Assembly: GCA_046339595.1 (NCBI GenBank)
Contig: JBKDUF010000011.1
Coordinates: 14,009-78,008, forward strand
Length of the DNA: 64,000 nucleotides
Reading direction: 5' to 3'
DNA from: Betaproteobacteria bacterium
GTDB lineage: Bacteria > Pseudomonadota > Gammaproteobacteria > Burkholderiales > SG8-41
Shown piece after piece: positions 17,157-27,927 of this stretch; the first letter of the stretch is position 1, and every line of letters begins with the position of its first letter. The notes beneath the pieces were generated by a model. That model was not told the origin of the DNA and searched no databases. It saw nothing but the letters and a program-made list of their open reading frames with translations. A program made the translations under genes and the position numbers.

Positions 17157-20100
17157 ATGCGCTCAAGATTGAATTCCAGGCAGCTCCAGGCCGCGATACC
17201 CGCCCTCGCCATGCTGGGCGCGGCGCTGGGCGCACACGCTGCCGCCACAGACATCGCCAGCGGGCCGCTGGGCCAGCCCGCCACCAGCGTCAAGCCGAAT
17301 GTCCTGCTGATCCTCGATGACTCCGGCTCGATGTCGCTGCAATACACGCCGGATAACATCCCGAGCTGCCTCAGTTCGCGAGACCTCGGGTTCGCAGCGG
17401 TCCCGCCTGTCAACCCGCTGAGCTGCTTGTCCTTTGAACCGCCGTCGCGGTCAGCACAGTTGAACACACAGTATTACAACCCGCGCATCCGCTATTTTCC
17501 GGCGGTCAACTACGACGGCAGCTCCAAAGGCGAGATGAACGCGGCAGCGACCAGCAACTGGACCGCCGTGCCTACCGACAATGTCAGCACGACAACTGAT
17601 AACTCGGGGCGGGTTGGCCCCAACTGGAATTCATGGGTCAACGTCTCGACCTTCAACCTGGCGAGCGGCTTTCCCGACCAAGTCTACTGCACCAGCCCGA
17701 CAGCCGATGTCAACGACACCAGCGTTTGCAAAAGCAACAGCTCCTATACCTACCCCAACGTCGAGTTCGGCTTCCGCGCGGAAGTGTCTGGCACGCCCAA
17801 ACTCAAACTGGGCGCGCCCTACTACTACGAGATCCTAGCCACGGAATTCTGCACCAACATCTCGCTCACCAACTGCGTCAGCGCCCAGGCGCCGACCGTG
17901 GTGGGCGGTGTAACCTACGACGTGCCGGCGCCGGTGCGCTATTGCGACAGCGTCAATCTCACCAACTGCCGGGCCCGCTACGACAGCACGTTTCGTTTCC
18001 CGAAGTATCTGGGAAACGTGACATCGGCCCCGACGCCGGGCGCGAGCGCCCGGGGAACGCTCGTCGTGACCCAGGGCGATGCGGGACCGATCACCATCAA
18101 CCAGATCACCATCACCAGGCCGGGGTCAACCGTACCGGTGAATCTGCTAGGCACCCCGCTCACCCTCGCGGCCACCAACTCCGACGGCAATATCTTTACA
18201 GCCGGCACCGCCATCCGCGACCGCATCAACGCCAATTTTGGAGGCCACGGTTACGTGGCCTTGAGCGTTGTCTACAATGGTGCCGCCAAAACAGCCACCG
18301 TAACCATCGCGACCCCCGCCGTGTCCGCCGATGACAACGGCTCGGTCATCAATGTCATTGCGCCGGCGACCACGCCGACCACACCCGCCTCGATCAGCTT
18401 CAACATCGGTAGCGCCGACAACGCCGCAGACAAAGTCAACTCGATCGGCATCGGACCCGGCGGCGGCCCGGTCACCAGCCTGGTCACCGGGACCATCACC
18501 TGCGGGTCGGGCTGCACCAATAACAGCATGGCCACCCTGGTGCGCAGCCGGATCAACGACAACACCGCCACCCATGGCTACACCGCCAGCGGAATCAACA
18601 ACACGGTCACCATCACCGCGCCCGCCGGCACCGGCAGTGAGCGAAACGGCTGGCCCCTGGTTTTTTCACAATCCGGCCTCTCCGCCGTGACCGGCTCCCT
18701 CGCCAACGGCATCACTCCCGGCGATCTGGCCCACACCAAGGTCAATTTCTCGGGGGGCATTTCGCCCTCCGGAACCGCCTGGTCGCGGCAAAATGTCGGC
18801 CTATTTGTGCGCACCGACATCGTCCCGGGGCAGGACTTTCCGCGTCATCCCGGGCGCACTGATTGCGCAAGTCCGACCGTCTGCACCTACAGCGAGGAAA
18901 TGACCAACTTCGCCAACTGGTTCGCCTATTACCGCACCCGCATGCACATGGCGAAAACAGCCATCGGCCGCGCCTTCGTCCCCCTGGGCAGCGACTACCG
19001 CGTCGGATTCAAGGTCATCAACCACACCGCCGCCCGCTTCCTTGCGGTCAATGATTTCACCACCAATGCCGGCGGCCAAAAACAGAGTTTTTTCACCCAG
19101 CTCTACAACACCCCCCCCTCGGGCGGAACCCCCCTTCCATCGGCGCTCTCCCGCGCCGGCCGCTACTACGGCAACAAACAGCCCGACGGCATGCCAGCGA
19201 GCCCGATCCAGCTCGCCTGCCAGCCCAGCTACGCCATCCTGACCACCGACGGGATTTGGGGCGCAGGCGGGGCCTTTCAGCTGGACGGCAGCACACTTGT
19301 CGGGGACCAGGACGGCGTTAACTCGGGGTTCTCCACCCGGGCCGTCGGCGCCTTTGACGCGTTGCAAGTCGGCAATACGCTGGCCGACGTGGCCATGTAT
19401 TACTACAAGACCGATCTGCGGACCGACCTGGCCAACCAGGTGCCGTCAACCCAGAAGGACAGCGCCTCCCACCAGCGCATGGTGACTTTCACCGTCGGCA
19501 TGGGCGTCTCCGGACTGCTCACATACGACCCCAACTACGAAGCCCAGACCAGCGGTGATTTTTTTGACATCAAGCAGGGCACCAAGAACTGGCCGTCACC
19601 CTTTACCAGTAGCGAGGCCAAAGTCGATGACCTTTGGCATGCCGCTGTCAACGGACGCGGCACCTACTTCAGCGCCCAGGACCCCTCAACTCTGGCCAAC
19701 GGCCTGGCCGAAACCCTCAACGCGGTTCAAGCGCGGCTGGGCGCCGGCGCCGCCGCGGCCACCTCCAACCTGCAACCGGTGGCCGGCGACAATTTTGCCT
19801 TTACCGCCCAGTATGAAACCGTGAACTGGACCGGAGACCTCAAAGCCAGAACCATCGACCTGAGCAACGGCATCGTGTCCACACGCGAGCTATGGTCGGC
19901 GCAGACCCTGCTCAACAGCCGCTCGCACACCACCCGCAAGATCTACACCTTTGATGCGGCCGACACCGTCATCGGTGCCACGGTCACCGTCAACGGCGTT
20001 GCGCGCGCCCAGAACGCCAACCGTCTGCGCAGCTTCTGCCCGCCTGACACCCCCAGCGCCGAGAATCCCGCCTGCAGCGACGGCGGACTGCTCAGCGCCA

Positions 20101-21965
20101 GCGAGATATCAACCCATTTCAATCCCCTGGGTGGAGCCAACGGTGCACTGCTCCAATCCGTGCCGTGGTCCGTGGACGGCAGCAATCGCCATCTGGTGGC
20201 CACCGGCGCGACCCTGGTCAACTACCTGCGCGGAGACCGGACCAACGAATTATCCAGCTTTACCGCGAGTGGACTCACCGACCTTTACCGCGAGCGCACG
20301 GCGGTGCTCGGGGATATCGTGAACGCGCAGCCGGCCTACATGAAAGTGCCGCCATTCCAGTATGGCGACCCGTTTTACGGCGATTTCAAGAGTAATAACG
20401 CCGCCCGGATCGGTACGGTCTTCGCCGCGGCCAACGACGGCATGCTGCATGCGTTCGAGACTGATCCGGACAACAACCCTTATTTCCAGACCGCGGGCAT
20501 TGGCACACCGGTAACTTCCGACGATACCTTCACCGGCACCCTCAACACCAGCCCGATCAACGGCGAGGGCGCAGAGCGTTGGGCCTACATCCCGACCCTG
20601 GTGTTTCCGACCCTGAAGCGGCTGGCCGAAAGCAATTACGCGACCAACCACCGCTTCCTCACCGATGGCTCGCCGGTCCTGGGCGATGTTTGCTTCGGAC
20701 ACACCACTGCAGTTCCCTGTTCGAGCGTCTCGAACTGGAAAACAATCCTGGTGGCCGGACTCAATGCCGGCGGGCGTGGCTTTTACGCCCTGGATGTCAC
20801 CGATCCAGCCAATCCGCGGGGGCTTTGGGAACTCAAGGGCGGCACCGGAACCACCTGCCTCAACGACACCCAGGCGAACTCCGGCACTTTCGGCGAGGAC
20901 TGCAACATCGGCCTGTCCTTCGGCAACCCGATCATCGTCAAGCGTCCCTCTGACGGGCGCTGGGTGGTGCTGCTGACCTCGGGCTACAACAACATCAGCC
21001 CCGGTAACGGCAAAGGCTATCTCTACGTGGTCGACGCCCAGACCGGCATGATCCTGCAGCGCCTTGGCACCGGCGCTGGTTGCGACGGCGTCAGCGCCAC
21101 CGCTCCCTGCAGCGCCGGCACTGTCGATCCCAGCGGCTTGTCGCGCATCAATGCCTGGGTGAACGACGCCAGCGAGAACAACACTGCACTGAGCGTCTAC
21201 GGCGGTGATCTCAAGGGCAACCTTTGGCGCTTCCAGCTCGAAAACACCACGGGGGTTGCCGCCAACACGGTGACCCGCATCACCACCTTGGTTGACAGCG
21301 TCGGGCAAGCCCAGCCTTTGACAACCCGCCCTGAACTGTCAATGATCGCCAACAGCCGCATCGTCTATGTCGGCACGGGCAAGCTGCTTGGCAACTCGGA
21401 CCGCATAAACGCCGCGCGCCAGAGCGTGTATGCGATCAAGGATCCCATGACCAATTCAACCTCGCCGGTCTACACCGCCATCCGCGGTGCAACCGGCTTC
21501 GTGCAGCAAACGCTCAGCCTGATCGACGGAGAGACCGACCGCCGCACCACCACTAACAATTCAGTCAACCTGTCCAATGACAACGGCTGGTATGTCGACC
21601 TGCCCGATGGCGGTGGTTCGGATCCTTCGGAAAGGGTCAACGTCGACCCGGTGCTGCAGCTGGGAACCCTGGTGGTGCCGTCGAACATACCCGCTGAGGA
21701 GGACTGTCTCGCGGGAGGCTTTGGATGGATCAATTTCATGGACGCGCGCAGCGGCAGCTTCGTCCCCGGCGTCAGCCAGAACCTGTCAGGCACGCGCATC
21801 GGCTCCTCTCTTGTGGTCGGCATCAACGTCGTGCAACTGCCCGGCGGCTCGGTCAGAACCATCGTCACCACAGCTGAAAACCAGCAGTTGACACAGGAAA
21901 CCCCGGCCGCCGCCACGACCACCCAGGGTCGCCGCGTCTCCTGGCGTGAACTGTTTGTCGACTGA
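17157..21965 (+). CDS. pilY1: PilY1-like type IV pilus tip-associated adhesin, unusually long (1602 aa), with an N-terminal split vWA domain and a C-terminal PilY1/PilC beta-propeller region
   Basis: It has a signal peptide. The vWA MIDAS motif is VLLILDDSGSMS (aa 49-60). The remaining vWA elements are SGGTPL (aa 655-660) and ILTTDG (aa 694-699). The C-terminal half is PilY1-like (GDIVNAQP, FAAANDGMLHAF, ILVAGLNAGGRGFYALDVTDP, GYLYVVDAQTG). Confidence 0.85.
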   Translation: MRSRLNSRQLQAAIPALAMLGAALGAHAAATDIASGPLGQPATSVKPNVLLILDDSGSMSLQYTPDNIPSCLSSRDLGFAAVPPVNPLSCLSFEPPSRSAQLNTQYYNPRIRYFPAVNYDGSSKGEMNAAATSNWTAVPTDNVSTTTDNSGRVGPNWNSWVNVSTFNLASGFPDQVYCTSPTADVNDTSVCKSNSSYTYPNVEFGFRAEVSGTPKLKLGAPYYYEILATEFCTNISLTNCVSAQAPTVVGGVTYDVPAPVRYCDSVNLTNCRARYDSTFRFPKYLGNVTSAPTPGASARGTLVVTQGDAGPITINQITITRPGSTVPVNLLGTPLTLAATNSDGNIFTAGTAIRDRINANFGGHGYVALSVVYNGAAKTATVTIATPAVSADDNGSVINVIAPATTPTTPASISFNIGSADNAADKVNSIGIGPGGGPVTSLVTGTITCGSGCTNNSMATLVRSRINDNTATHGYTASGINNTVTITAPAGTGSERNGWPLVFSQSGLSAVTGSLANGITPGDLAHTKVNFSGGISPSGTAWSRQNVGLFVRTDIVPGQDFPRHPGRTDCASPTVCTYSEEMTNFANWFAYYRTRMHMAKTAIGRAFVPLGSDYRVGFKVINHTAARFLAVNDFTTNAGGQKQSFFTQLYNTPPSGGTPLPSALSRAGRYYGNKQPDGMPASPIQLACQPSYAILTTDGIWGAGGAFQLDGSTLVGDQDGVNSGFSTRAVGAFDALQVGNTLADVAMYYYKTDLRTDLANQVPSTQKDSASHQRMVTFTVGMGVSGLLTYDPNYEAQTSGDFFDIKQGTKNWPSPFTSSEAKVDDLWHAAVNGRGTYFSAQDPSTLANGLAETLNAVQARLGAGAAAATSNLQPVAGDNFAFTAQYETVNWTGDLKARTIDLSNGIVSTRELWSAQTLLNSRSHTTRKIYTFDAADTVIGATVTVNGVARAQNANRLRSFCPPDTPSAENPACSDGGLLSASEISTHFNPLGGANGALLQSVPWSVDGSNRHLVATGATLVNYLRGDRTNELSSFTASGLTDLYRERTAVLGDIVNAQPAYMKVPPFQYGDPFYGDFKSNNAARIGTVFAAANDGMLHAFETDPDNNPYFQTAGIGTPVTSDDTFTGTLNTSPINGEGAERWAYIPTLVFPTLKRLAESNYATNHRFLTDGSPVLGDVCFGHTTAVPCSSVSNWKTILVAGLNAGGRGFYALDVTDPANPRGLWELKGGTGTTCLNDTQANSGTFGEDCNIGLSFGNPIIVKRPSDGRWVVLLTSGYNNISPGNGKGYLYVVDAQTGMILQRLGTGAGCDGVSATAPCSAGTVDPSGLSRINAWVNDASENNTALSVYGGDLKGNLWRFQLENTTGVAANTVTRITTLVDSVGQAQPLTTRPELSMIANSRIVYVGTGKLLGNSDRINAARQSVYAIKDPMTNSTSPVYTAIRGATGFVQQTLSLIDGETDRRTTTNNSVNLSNDNGWYVDLPDGGGSDPSERVNVDPVLQLGTLVVPSNIPAEEDCLAGGFGWINFMDARSGSFVPGVSQNLSGTRIGSSLVVGINVVQLPGGSVRTIVTTAENQQLTQETPAAATTTQGRRVSWRELFVD

Positions 21966-21987
21966 TTCGCCGGATCTCCACCCGGTC

Positions 21988-22632
21988 ATGCCGGCTGCAA
22001 AAATGACTTTCCATCCGCCACTTGTCCGGCTTGGCAGTGCACTCGGCGTGTCTGTGATGCTGCACGCCCTCCTGCTCCTCGGCGGCTGGCGAGGATACGG
22101 CGGTACGGGCTGGTCCCTGGCGGGCAGTCCCGCGCTGCCGCTTTCGGCGACCCTCCATGCCGGAGACCCCATGGCCAGAGTATCGGCGCCGCATCCGCCC
22201 GGGCCGGACTTGCGCAGTCCAGTTGACGGTGTTGAGACATCCACTGCCAGCCCCGAACGCAAGAGGCCGGGCCCGGATCATCCAGTTGCGCTGTTTCCGC
22301 CGCTGCACTACTACCCGGCGCGTGAACTGGATGTACGGCCGCAAATCCGCACCCAAATCGAACCCGCTTACCCAGCCAGTGCATCTGAGCAGGCGCAGTC
22401 GGCGGTAATTCGCGTGAGGATCCTCATTGATGCCAGTGGCGGTGTCGATAGCATCAGCGCACTGGACCGCAACAGTACAGACCCCTTCGCACTGGCGGCC
22501 ATCACCGCTTTCCGCGCAGCTCGCTACTTGCCCGGTATGAGGGCAGGCGTGGCTGTGCCAAGCGAAATCATCGTCGAGGTGAATTTTGAAAGCCTGAAAA
22601 CCGCCGAAGCCTTCCAGCGCCAGCGCTATTGA
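21988..22632 (+). CDS. TonB C-terminal-domain-like membrane-anchored protein, apparently co-transcribed with pilY1
   Basis: TM helix LGSALGVSVMLHALLLLGGW, then a Pro-rich linker. The C-terminus IEPAYPASA...AVIRVRILIDASGGVDSISALDRNSTDPFALAAITAFRAARYLPGMRAGVAVPSEIIVEVNFE follows the TonB_C pattern. The start is uncertain: 21946 overlaps pilY1 by 20 nt, and 21988 and 22003 are alternatives. Confidence 0.65.
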   Translation: MPAAKMTFHPPLVRLGSALGVSVMLHALLLLGGWRGYGGTGWSLAGSPALPLSATLHAGDPMARVSAPHPPGPDLRSPVDGVETSTASPERKRPGPDHPVALFPPLHYYPARELDVRPQIRTQIEPAYPASASEQAQSAVIRVRILIDASGGVDSISALDRNSTDPFALAAITAFRAARYLPGMRAGVAVPSEIIVEVNFESLKTAEAFQRQRY

Positions 22633-22650
22633 ATGACCCGCAACACGGGA

Positions 22651-23586
22651 TCAGGCGCAGCCCGTTGGAGCAAGCCCTTTGGGCAGCGGAAAGGTGATGT
22701 TTTCGGTGATGCCAGGCAGCGTGTGCACCCCAGTCGCGCCCAGCCCGCGCAGACGTTCAATCACGGCCTGCACCAGCACTTCCGGCGCAGAGGCTCCGGC
22801 AGTGATGCCGACCACTTTCTTTCCGGACACCCACTCCGGCCGCAGTTCGCCGGCATTGTCAACCATGTAGGCGGGAACGCCCTGTTGCTCGGCAACCTCG
22901 CGCAGCCGGTTGGAGTTGGAACTGTTGGGCGAACCGACCACGACCACCACCTCGCAGCGCTGCGCCAGCACCTTGACCGCGTCCTGGCGGTTCTGGGTGG
23001 CGTAGCAGATATCATCCTTTTTCGGCCCCACGATCCTCGAAAAACGCGCCTTCAGCGCGGCTACGGTGCGCGCGGCATCGTCCATGGAGAGCGTGGTCTG
23101 GGTGACATAGGCGAGGTTGTTCTCGTCGCCGACAACCAGTGATGCCACATCCTCCGGCGCCTCGACCAGATACATGCCGCCCTCGCTCTGGCCCATGGTG
23201 CCCTCCACCTCGGGATGGCCGCGGTGGCCGATCATCACGATCTCACGGCCCTGCTCGCGCATCTTCGCCACCTCGACATGCACCTTGGTCACCAGCGGGC
23301 AGGTCGCATCAAACACCTTGAGCCCGCGGGCCTCGGCTTCGCGGCGCACTTCCTGCGATACACCGTGGGCACTGAAAATCAGCGTGCTGCCGGCGGGCAC
23401 TTCGTCCAGTGTCTCGACAAACACCGCGCCCTTGCCGCGCAGGTCGTTGACGACACAGCTGTTGTGCACGACTTCGTGGCGCACGTAGATCGGCGCGCCG
23501 TGGAGTGCGAGCGCGCGCTCGACGATCTCGATCGCGCGATCGACGCCGGCGCAGAAACCACGGGGATTGGCGAGCAGGACTTGCAT
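22651..23586 (-). CDS. ispH: 4-hydroxy-3-methylbut-2-enyl diphosphate reductase
   Basis: [23 protein letters not shown]...HEVVHN...SAHGVS...[10 protein letters not shown] are canonical IspH/LytB motifs. Confidence 0.95.
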   Translation of the reverse strand: MQVLLANPRGFCAGVDRAIEIVERALALHGAPIYVRHEVVHNSCVVNDLRGKGAVFVETLDEVPAGSTLIFSAHGVSQEVRREAEARGLKVFDATCPLVTKVHVEVAKMREQGREIVMIGHRGHPEVEGTMGQSEGGMYLVEAPEDVASLVVGDENNLAYVTQTTLSMDDAARTVAALKARFSRIVGPKKDDICYATQNRQDAVKVLAQRCEVVVVVGSPNSSNSNRLREVAEQQGVPAYMVDNAGELRPEWVSGKKVVGITAGASAPEVLVQAVIERLRGLGATGVHTLPGITENITFPLPKGLAPTGCA

Positions 23587-23657
23587 GGCGCGGATTATAG
23601 CCTGGGGTAAATGCCGGACATCGGGCGTTGAAAAATTATATCAATAAAATCAAATAC

Positions 23658-24137
23658 TTATGACCGTTCTGGAGCCGCTTTGGCTTGCGGCCGCAGGCCG
23701 TCCCAGATCAGCAGCGCGGCGCCGCAGGTGATTGCAGAGTCGGCGACATTGAACGCCGGCCAGTGCCAGCCCGCGGCATGGAAATCGAGGAAATCCACCA
23801 CCGCACCCAGCAGCACGCGATCAATGACGTTGCCGATGGCCCCGCCCAATACCAGCGCCAGCGAGGCGCAAAACAGCGTCTGCCGCGGATGCCGATGCAG
23901 GAGCCAGATGATCCAGACCGAAGCGACCAGCGCGATGCCGATGAAAAATTCGCGCTGCCAGCCGCCCGCACCGGCGAGGAAACTGAAGGCTGCGCCGGTG
24001 TTGTAGACCAGCACCAGGTTGAAAAAAGCCGTCACTTCCAGCGGCGGCCGGCCGGCAAGTGCCGCCACCGCTTCATGCTTGGTCCACTGGTCGATCACGA
24101 CCACGACGGCGGACAGAAGCAGCCAGCGCCACATCAT
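23658..24137 (-). CDS. lspA: Lipoprotein signal peptidase (signal peptidase II)
   Basis: 159-aa polytopic protein with [16 protein letters not shown] and [10 protein letters not shown] motifs. There is a 4-nt overlap with ileS. Confidence 0.95.
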   Translation of the reverse strand: MMWRWLLLSAVVVVIDQWTKHEAVAALAGRPPLEVTAFFNLVLVYNTGAAFSFLAGAGGWQREFFIGIALVASVWIIWLLHRHPRQTLFCASLALVLGGAIGNVIDRVLLGAVVDFLDFHAAGWHWPAFNVADSAITCGAALLIWDGLRPQAKAAPERS

Positions 24138-26944
24138 GCAAAGCTCCGCGCTTCACCGGCACCGAACAGGTTGGAGGTGCAGCGGCCGCAGAGTTCGGGA
24201 TGCTGCGGGTCATGGCCGACATCGGCGCGGTAGTGCCAGCAGCGCTCGCATTTGGCGTGCGTGCTGGGCCGCACCGTGACGCGGACACCGTCGCCGGGCG
24301 CTTGAACGACGCCGGCACTGGAGGTGATCATGACAAACCGCAGGTCATCGCCCAGGCGCTGCAGCGCGCCGAACGACACCGGGTCCGGCACCGCGATTTC
24401 GATCTCGGCCTGCAGGGAGGAGCCCACCGCGCCCTGCGCGCGCTGGTCCTCGATACGCTTGTTGACCTCGTTGCGGATGTCGCGCACGGCCTTCCAGGCA
24501 TCCTGCGCGTCCGGGAGCAGGGTCCGTGGCGGCAGGGCATGCCAGTCCTCTTCAAACAGGCTGCCGCCGTTGTCCCCGCGAAACACCTGCCACGCTTCCT
24601 CGGCCGTGAAGCTGAGCACCGGCGCGAGCAGCTTCACCAGCGTCGCGGTGATGTGCCAGAGCGCGCTCTGCGCCGAGCGCCGCGCCGGCGAATCTGCACC
24701 GGCGGTGTAGAGCCGGTCCTTGAGGATGTCGAGGTAAAACGCGCCGAGGTCCTCGGAGCAGAAGGCCGTCAGTTCCTTGACGACACTGTGGAATTCGTAA
24801 CGCTCGTAACCCGCCGCCGCGCGCTGCTGCAGGGCGCGCGTCAGCTCCAGCGCGTAGCGGTCAATCTCCAGCCACTGCTCCAACGGCAGCGCCTGCTTCG
24901 CCGGATCAAAATCATTCACATTGGCCAGCAGGAAGCGCAGCGTGTTGCGGATGCGCCGGTACGACTCGACCACACGCTTGAGGATCTCCTTGGAGATCGA
25001 CAGCTCGCCGGAATAGTCCGTGCTGGCCACCCATAGGCGCAGGATGTCGGCGCCGAGCTCGTCCATCACCTGCTGCGGCACGATGACGTTGCCCTTGGAC
25101 TTGCTCATCTTCTTGCCCTGGCCGTCGACGACAAAGCCGTGGGTGAGCAGCGCCTGATACGGCGCGCGGCCGTCGGTCATGCAGCCGGTGAGCAGCGAGG
25201 AATGAAACCAGCCGCGGTGCTGGTCGGAGCCTTCGAGGTAGAGATCCGCGGGGAAGGCGCTGTCTGCGGCGTGCGAGCCGCGCAGCACCGTCAGGTGGGT
25301 GGTGCCGGAATCGAACCAGACGTCGAGCGTGTCCTTGATTTTTTCATACTGCGCAGCCTCGGCACCGAGCAGCTCCGCCGGGTCGAGTGCCTGCCAGGCC
25401 TCGATCCCCTGCTGCTCGACGCGCTGCGCCACCTGCTCGAGCAGTTCCGGCGTGCGCGGATGCAGCGCGCCGGTTTCCCTGTGCACGAAAAACGGCATCG
25501 GCACGCCCCACTGACGCTGCCGCGACAGCGTCCAGTCCGGGCGGTTGGCGATCATTGCGTGCAGCCGCGCCTGGCCCCAGGCCGGGAAGAACCGCGTCGC
25601 CTCGACGGCTCGCAACGCGGTGCTGCGCAGTGTTTCCTTCGGCTTCACGCCGTTGTAGCCCGGCACAGCCTCCATCCCCGCGAACCACTGCGTGGTCGCG
25701 CGCAGGATGATCGGCGTCTTGTGCCGCCAGCAGTGCATGGTGCTGTGCAGATCGCTGCGGTTCGCGAAGAGCACACCCTGCTCTTCGAGGTGGGCAATGA
25801 TCAGCGGATTGGCTTTCCAGATCATCAAGCCGCCGAACAGCGGCAGCGAGGCGGCGTATTTGCCGTCACCCTGCACCGGCTTCAGGATTTCATCGTCCTT
25901 CAGTCCGTGCTGGCGGCAGGAATGGAAGTCCTCCACGCCATAGGCGGGCGCGGCGTGAACCATGCCGGTACCGGCTTCCAGCGTCACATAGTCCGCCAGA
26001 TACACCGGCGACAGGCGGTCGTAGAAGGGATGACGGAATTTGACGAGCTCCAGCGCGGCGCCCTTGCACGAGGCCAGTGTGCTGCCGCTCAGGCCATAAC
26101 GCTCCAGGCAGGCCGCCTGCAGGTCAGCGGCCAGGATCAGCAGTCCCTTTTCGGTGTCGACCAGGTGGTAGGTGAATTCGGGATGCGCATTCAGCGCCTG
26201 GTTCGCCGGCAGCGTCCACGGCGTCGTGGTCCAGATCACCGCAAAGCCGGGCTTGTCCGGCAGCGCCGGCAGACCGAAGGCCTTCGCCACTTTCTCCGGC
26301 TCGGCAAACGGAAATCCGACATCGACCGCCGGGTCCTTGCGATCCTCGTATTCGACTTCCGCCTCGGCCAGCGCCGAGCCGCAGTCGAAACACCAGTTCA
26401 CCGGCTTCAGCCCGCGATAGACGTAACCCTTTTCCAGCAGCTTGCCCAGCGCGCGGATCTCGTCGGCCTCGTTGCGGCAGGCCATGGTCAAGTACGGCCG
26501 GTCCCAGTCGCCGAGCACGCCGAGGCGCTGGAAATCCTTTTTCTGGCGCTCCACCTGCTCGGTGGCGTAGGCGCGGCACAGCTTCTGCGTTTGCGCGGTG
26601 GGCAGGTGCTTGCCGTGCTGCTTCTCGATCTGCACTTCGATCGGCATGCCGTGGCAGTCCCAGCCCGGCACGTACGGCGCATCAAAACCCGACAGCGACT
26701 TCGACTTGACGATGATGTCCTTCAGGATCTTGTTGACGGCATGGCCGATGTGGATGTCGCCGTTGGCGTACGGCGGGCCGTCGTGCAGCACGAAACGCTT
26801 GCGGCCCTGTTTGGCCTCGCGGATGCGCTGGTAGTACCGCCGCTCGCGCCACTGCTCGAGCATCTTCGGTTCGCGTTTGGCCAGATCGCCGCGCATCGGA
26901 AACGGCGTGTCGGGCAGGTTCAGGGTTTTTTTGTAATCAGCCAT
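24134..26944 (-). CDS. ileS: Isoleucine--tRNA ligase
   Basis: 936 aa with HIGH ([11 protein letters not shown]) and KMSKS motifs and C-terminal zinc-finger cysteines (CERCWHY...CGRC). Confidence 0.97.
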   Translation of the reverse strand: MADYKKTLNLPDTPFPMRGDLAKREPKMLEQWRERRYYQRIREAKQGRKRFVLHDGPPYANGDIHIGHAVNKILKDIIVKSKSLSGFDAPYVPGWDCHGMPIEVQIEKQHGKHLPTAQTQKLCRAYATEQVERQKKDFQRLGVLGDWDRPYLTMACRNEADEIRALGKLLEKGYVYRGLKPVNWCFDCGSALAEAEVEYEDRKDPAVDVGFPFAEPEKVAKAFGLPALPDKPGFAVIWTTTPWTLPANQALNAHPEFTYHLVDTEKGLLILAADLQAACLERYGLSGSTLASCKGAALELVKFRHPFYDRLSPVYLADYVTLEAGTGMVHAAPAYGVEDFHSCRQHGLKDDEILKPVQGDGKYAASLPLFGGLMIWKANPLIIAHLEEQGVLFANRSDLHSTMHCWRHKTPIILRATTQWFAGMEAVPGYNGVKPKETLRSTALRAVEATRFFPAWGQARLHAMIANRPDWTLSRQRQWGVPMPFFVHRETGALHPRTPELLEQVAQRVEQQGIEAWQALDPAELLGAEAAQYEKIKDTLDVWFDSGTTHLTVLRGSHAADSAFPADLYLEGSDQHRGWFHSSLLTGCMTDGRAPYQALLTHGFVVDGQGKKMSKSKGNVIVPQQVMDELGADILRLWVASTDYSGELSISKEILKRVVESYRRIRNTLRFLLANVNDFDPAKQALPLEQWLEIDRYALELTRALQQRAAAGYERYEFHSVVKELTAFCSEDLGAFYLDILKDRLYTAGADSPARRSAQSALWHITATLVKLLAPVLSFTAEEAWQVFRGDNGGSLFEEDWHALPPRTLLPDAQDAWKAVRDIRNEVNKRIEDQRAQGAVGSSLQAEIEIAVPDPVSFGALQRLGDDLRFVMITSSAGVVQAPGDGVRVTVRPSTHAKCERCWHYRADVGHDPQHPELCGRCTSNLFGAGEARSFA

Positions 26945-26968
26945 GGGGATTCATGTGGTGCTGCGGAT

Positions 26969-27904
26969 TCAGGCGGCGCGGCGCGCGAAGTAGGCCCGGG
27001 TATCGGCCACGTCGCGCGCGATCTGCTGCTTCAGCGTTTCCAGATCGACATACTTGGCCTCGTCGCGGAACTTGTGCAGAAACTCGACCCGCACCCGCTC
27101 GCCGTAGATGTCCTCGTTGAAATCAAAAATGAAAACTTCGAGCACGGGGGCGGCACCCTGTGCCTTCACCGTCGGGCGCACGCCGAGGCTGGCCACACCC
27201 TGCAGCCGCGCGCCCGAGGCACGCAGCAGTTCCACCGCAAAAATGCCGGTGAATGGCGGCCGCGGCTGGGTGATGCGCACGTTGGCAGTGGGAAAACCGA
27301 GCTGGCGACCCAGGCGGTCGCCGGCAACCACGCGGCCGCTGATGCTGAAAGAACGCCCCAGCAGCTGCGCGGCCTGTTCCAGCGCGCCGGCAGCCAGCAC
27401 CTCGCGTACCGCGGTGCTCGACACCCGTTGGCCGCCGGACTCGACCGTGGCCATGCCCTCCACCTCGTAACCGAAGGCCTCGGACTGCGCGCGCAGCATC
27501 GCAAGGTCGCCAGCGCGGCGCGCGCCGAAACGGAAGTCATCGCCGACCTGGAGCCAGCGCACGCCGAGGCCGCGGGCGAGTATGCGCGCGATGAACTCCT
27601 GCGCGGTGACCTGGGCCAGCGCGAAATTGAAACGCAGCACATACGCGCGGTCGACCCCTTCGGCCGCCAGCAGCTCGAGCTTGTCGCGCATCGAGGTCAG
27701 GCGCACCGGCGCCTGGTCTGGCGCGAAAAACTCGCGTGGATGCGGTTCGAAGGTCATCACGCAGGCCGGCAGGCCGCGCGCATGCGCGGCCGCACGCAGC
27801 TTGGCCAGCATGGCCTGGTGGCCGCGATGTACGCCGTCGAAATTGCCGATGGTCAGCGCGACGGGGCTGGAGGCAGCGTCTGGCACGCTGCGCAGGATCT
27901 GCAT
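26969..27904 (-). CDS. ribF: Bifunctional riboflavin kinase/FAD synthetase
   Basis: ALTIGNFDGVHRGHQAM. The C-terminal riboflavin kinase part contains GFPTAN. Confidence 0.95.
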   Translation of the reverse strand: MQILRSVPDAASSPVALTIGNFDGVHRGHQAMLAKLRAAAHARGLPACVMTFEPHPREFFAPDQAPVRLTSMRDKLELLAAEGVDRAYVLRFNFALAQVTAQEFIARILARGLGVRWLQVGDDFRFGARRAGDLAMLRAQSEAFGYEVEGMATVESGGQRVSSTAVREVLAAGALEQAAQLLGRSFSISGRVVAGDRLGRQLGFPTANVRITQPRPPFTGIFAVELLRASGARLQGVASLGVRPTVKAQGAAPVLEVFIFDFNEDIYGERVRVEFLHKFRDEAKYVDLETLKQQIARDVADTRAYFARRAA

Positions 27905-27927
27905 GGCAAGGCCTGGAGCCCGGAAGG

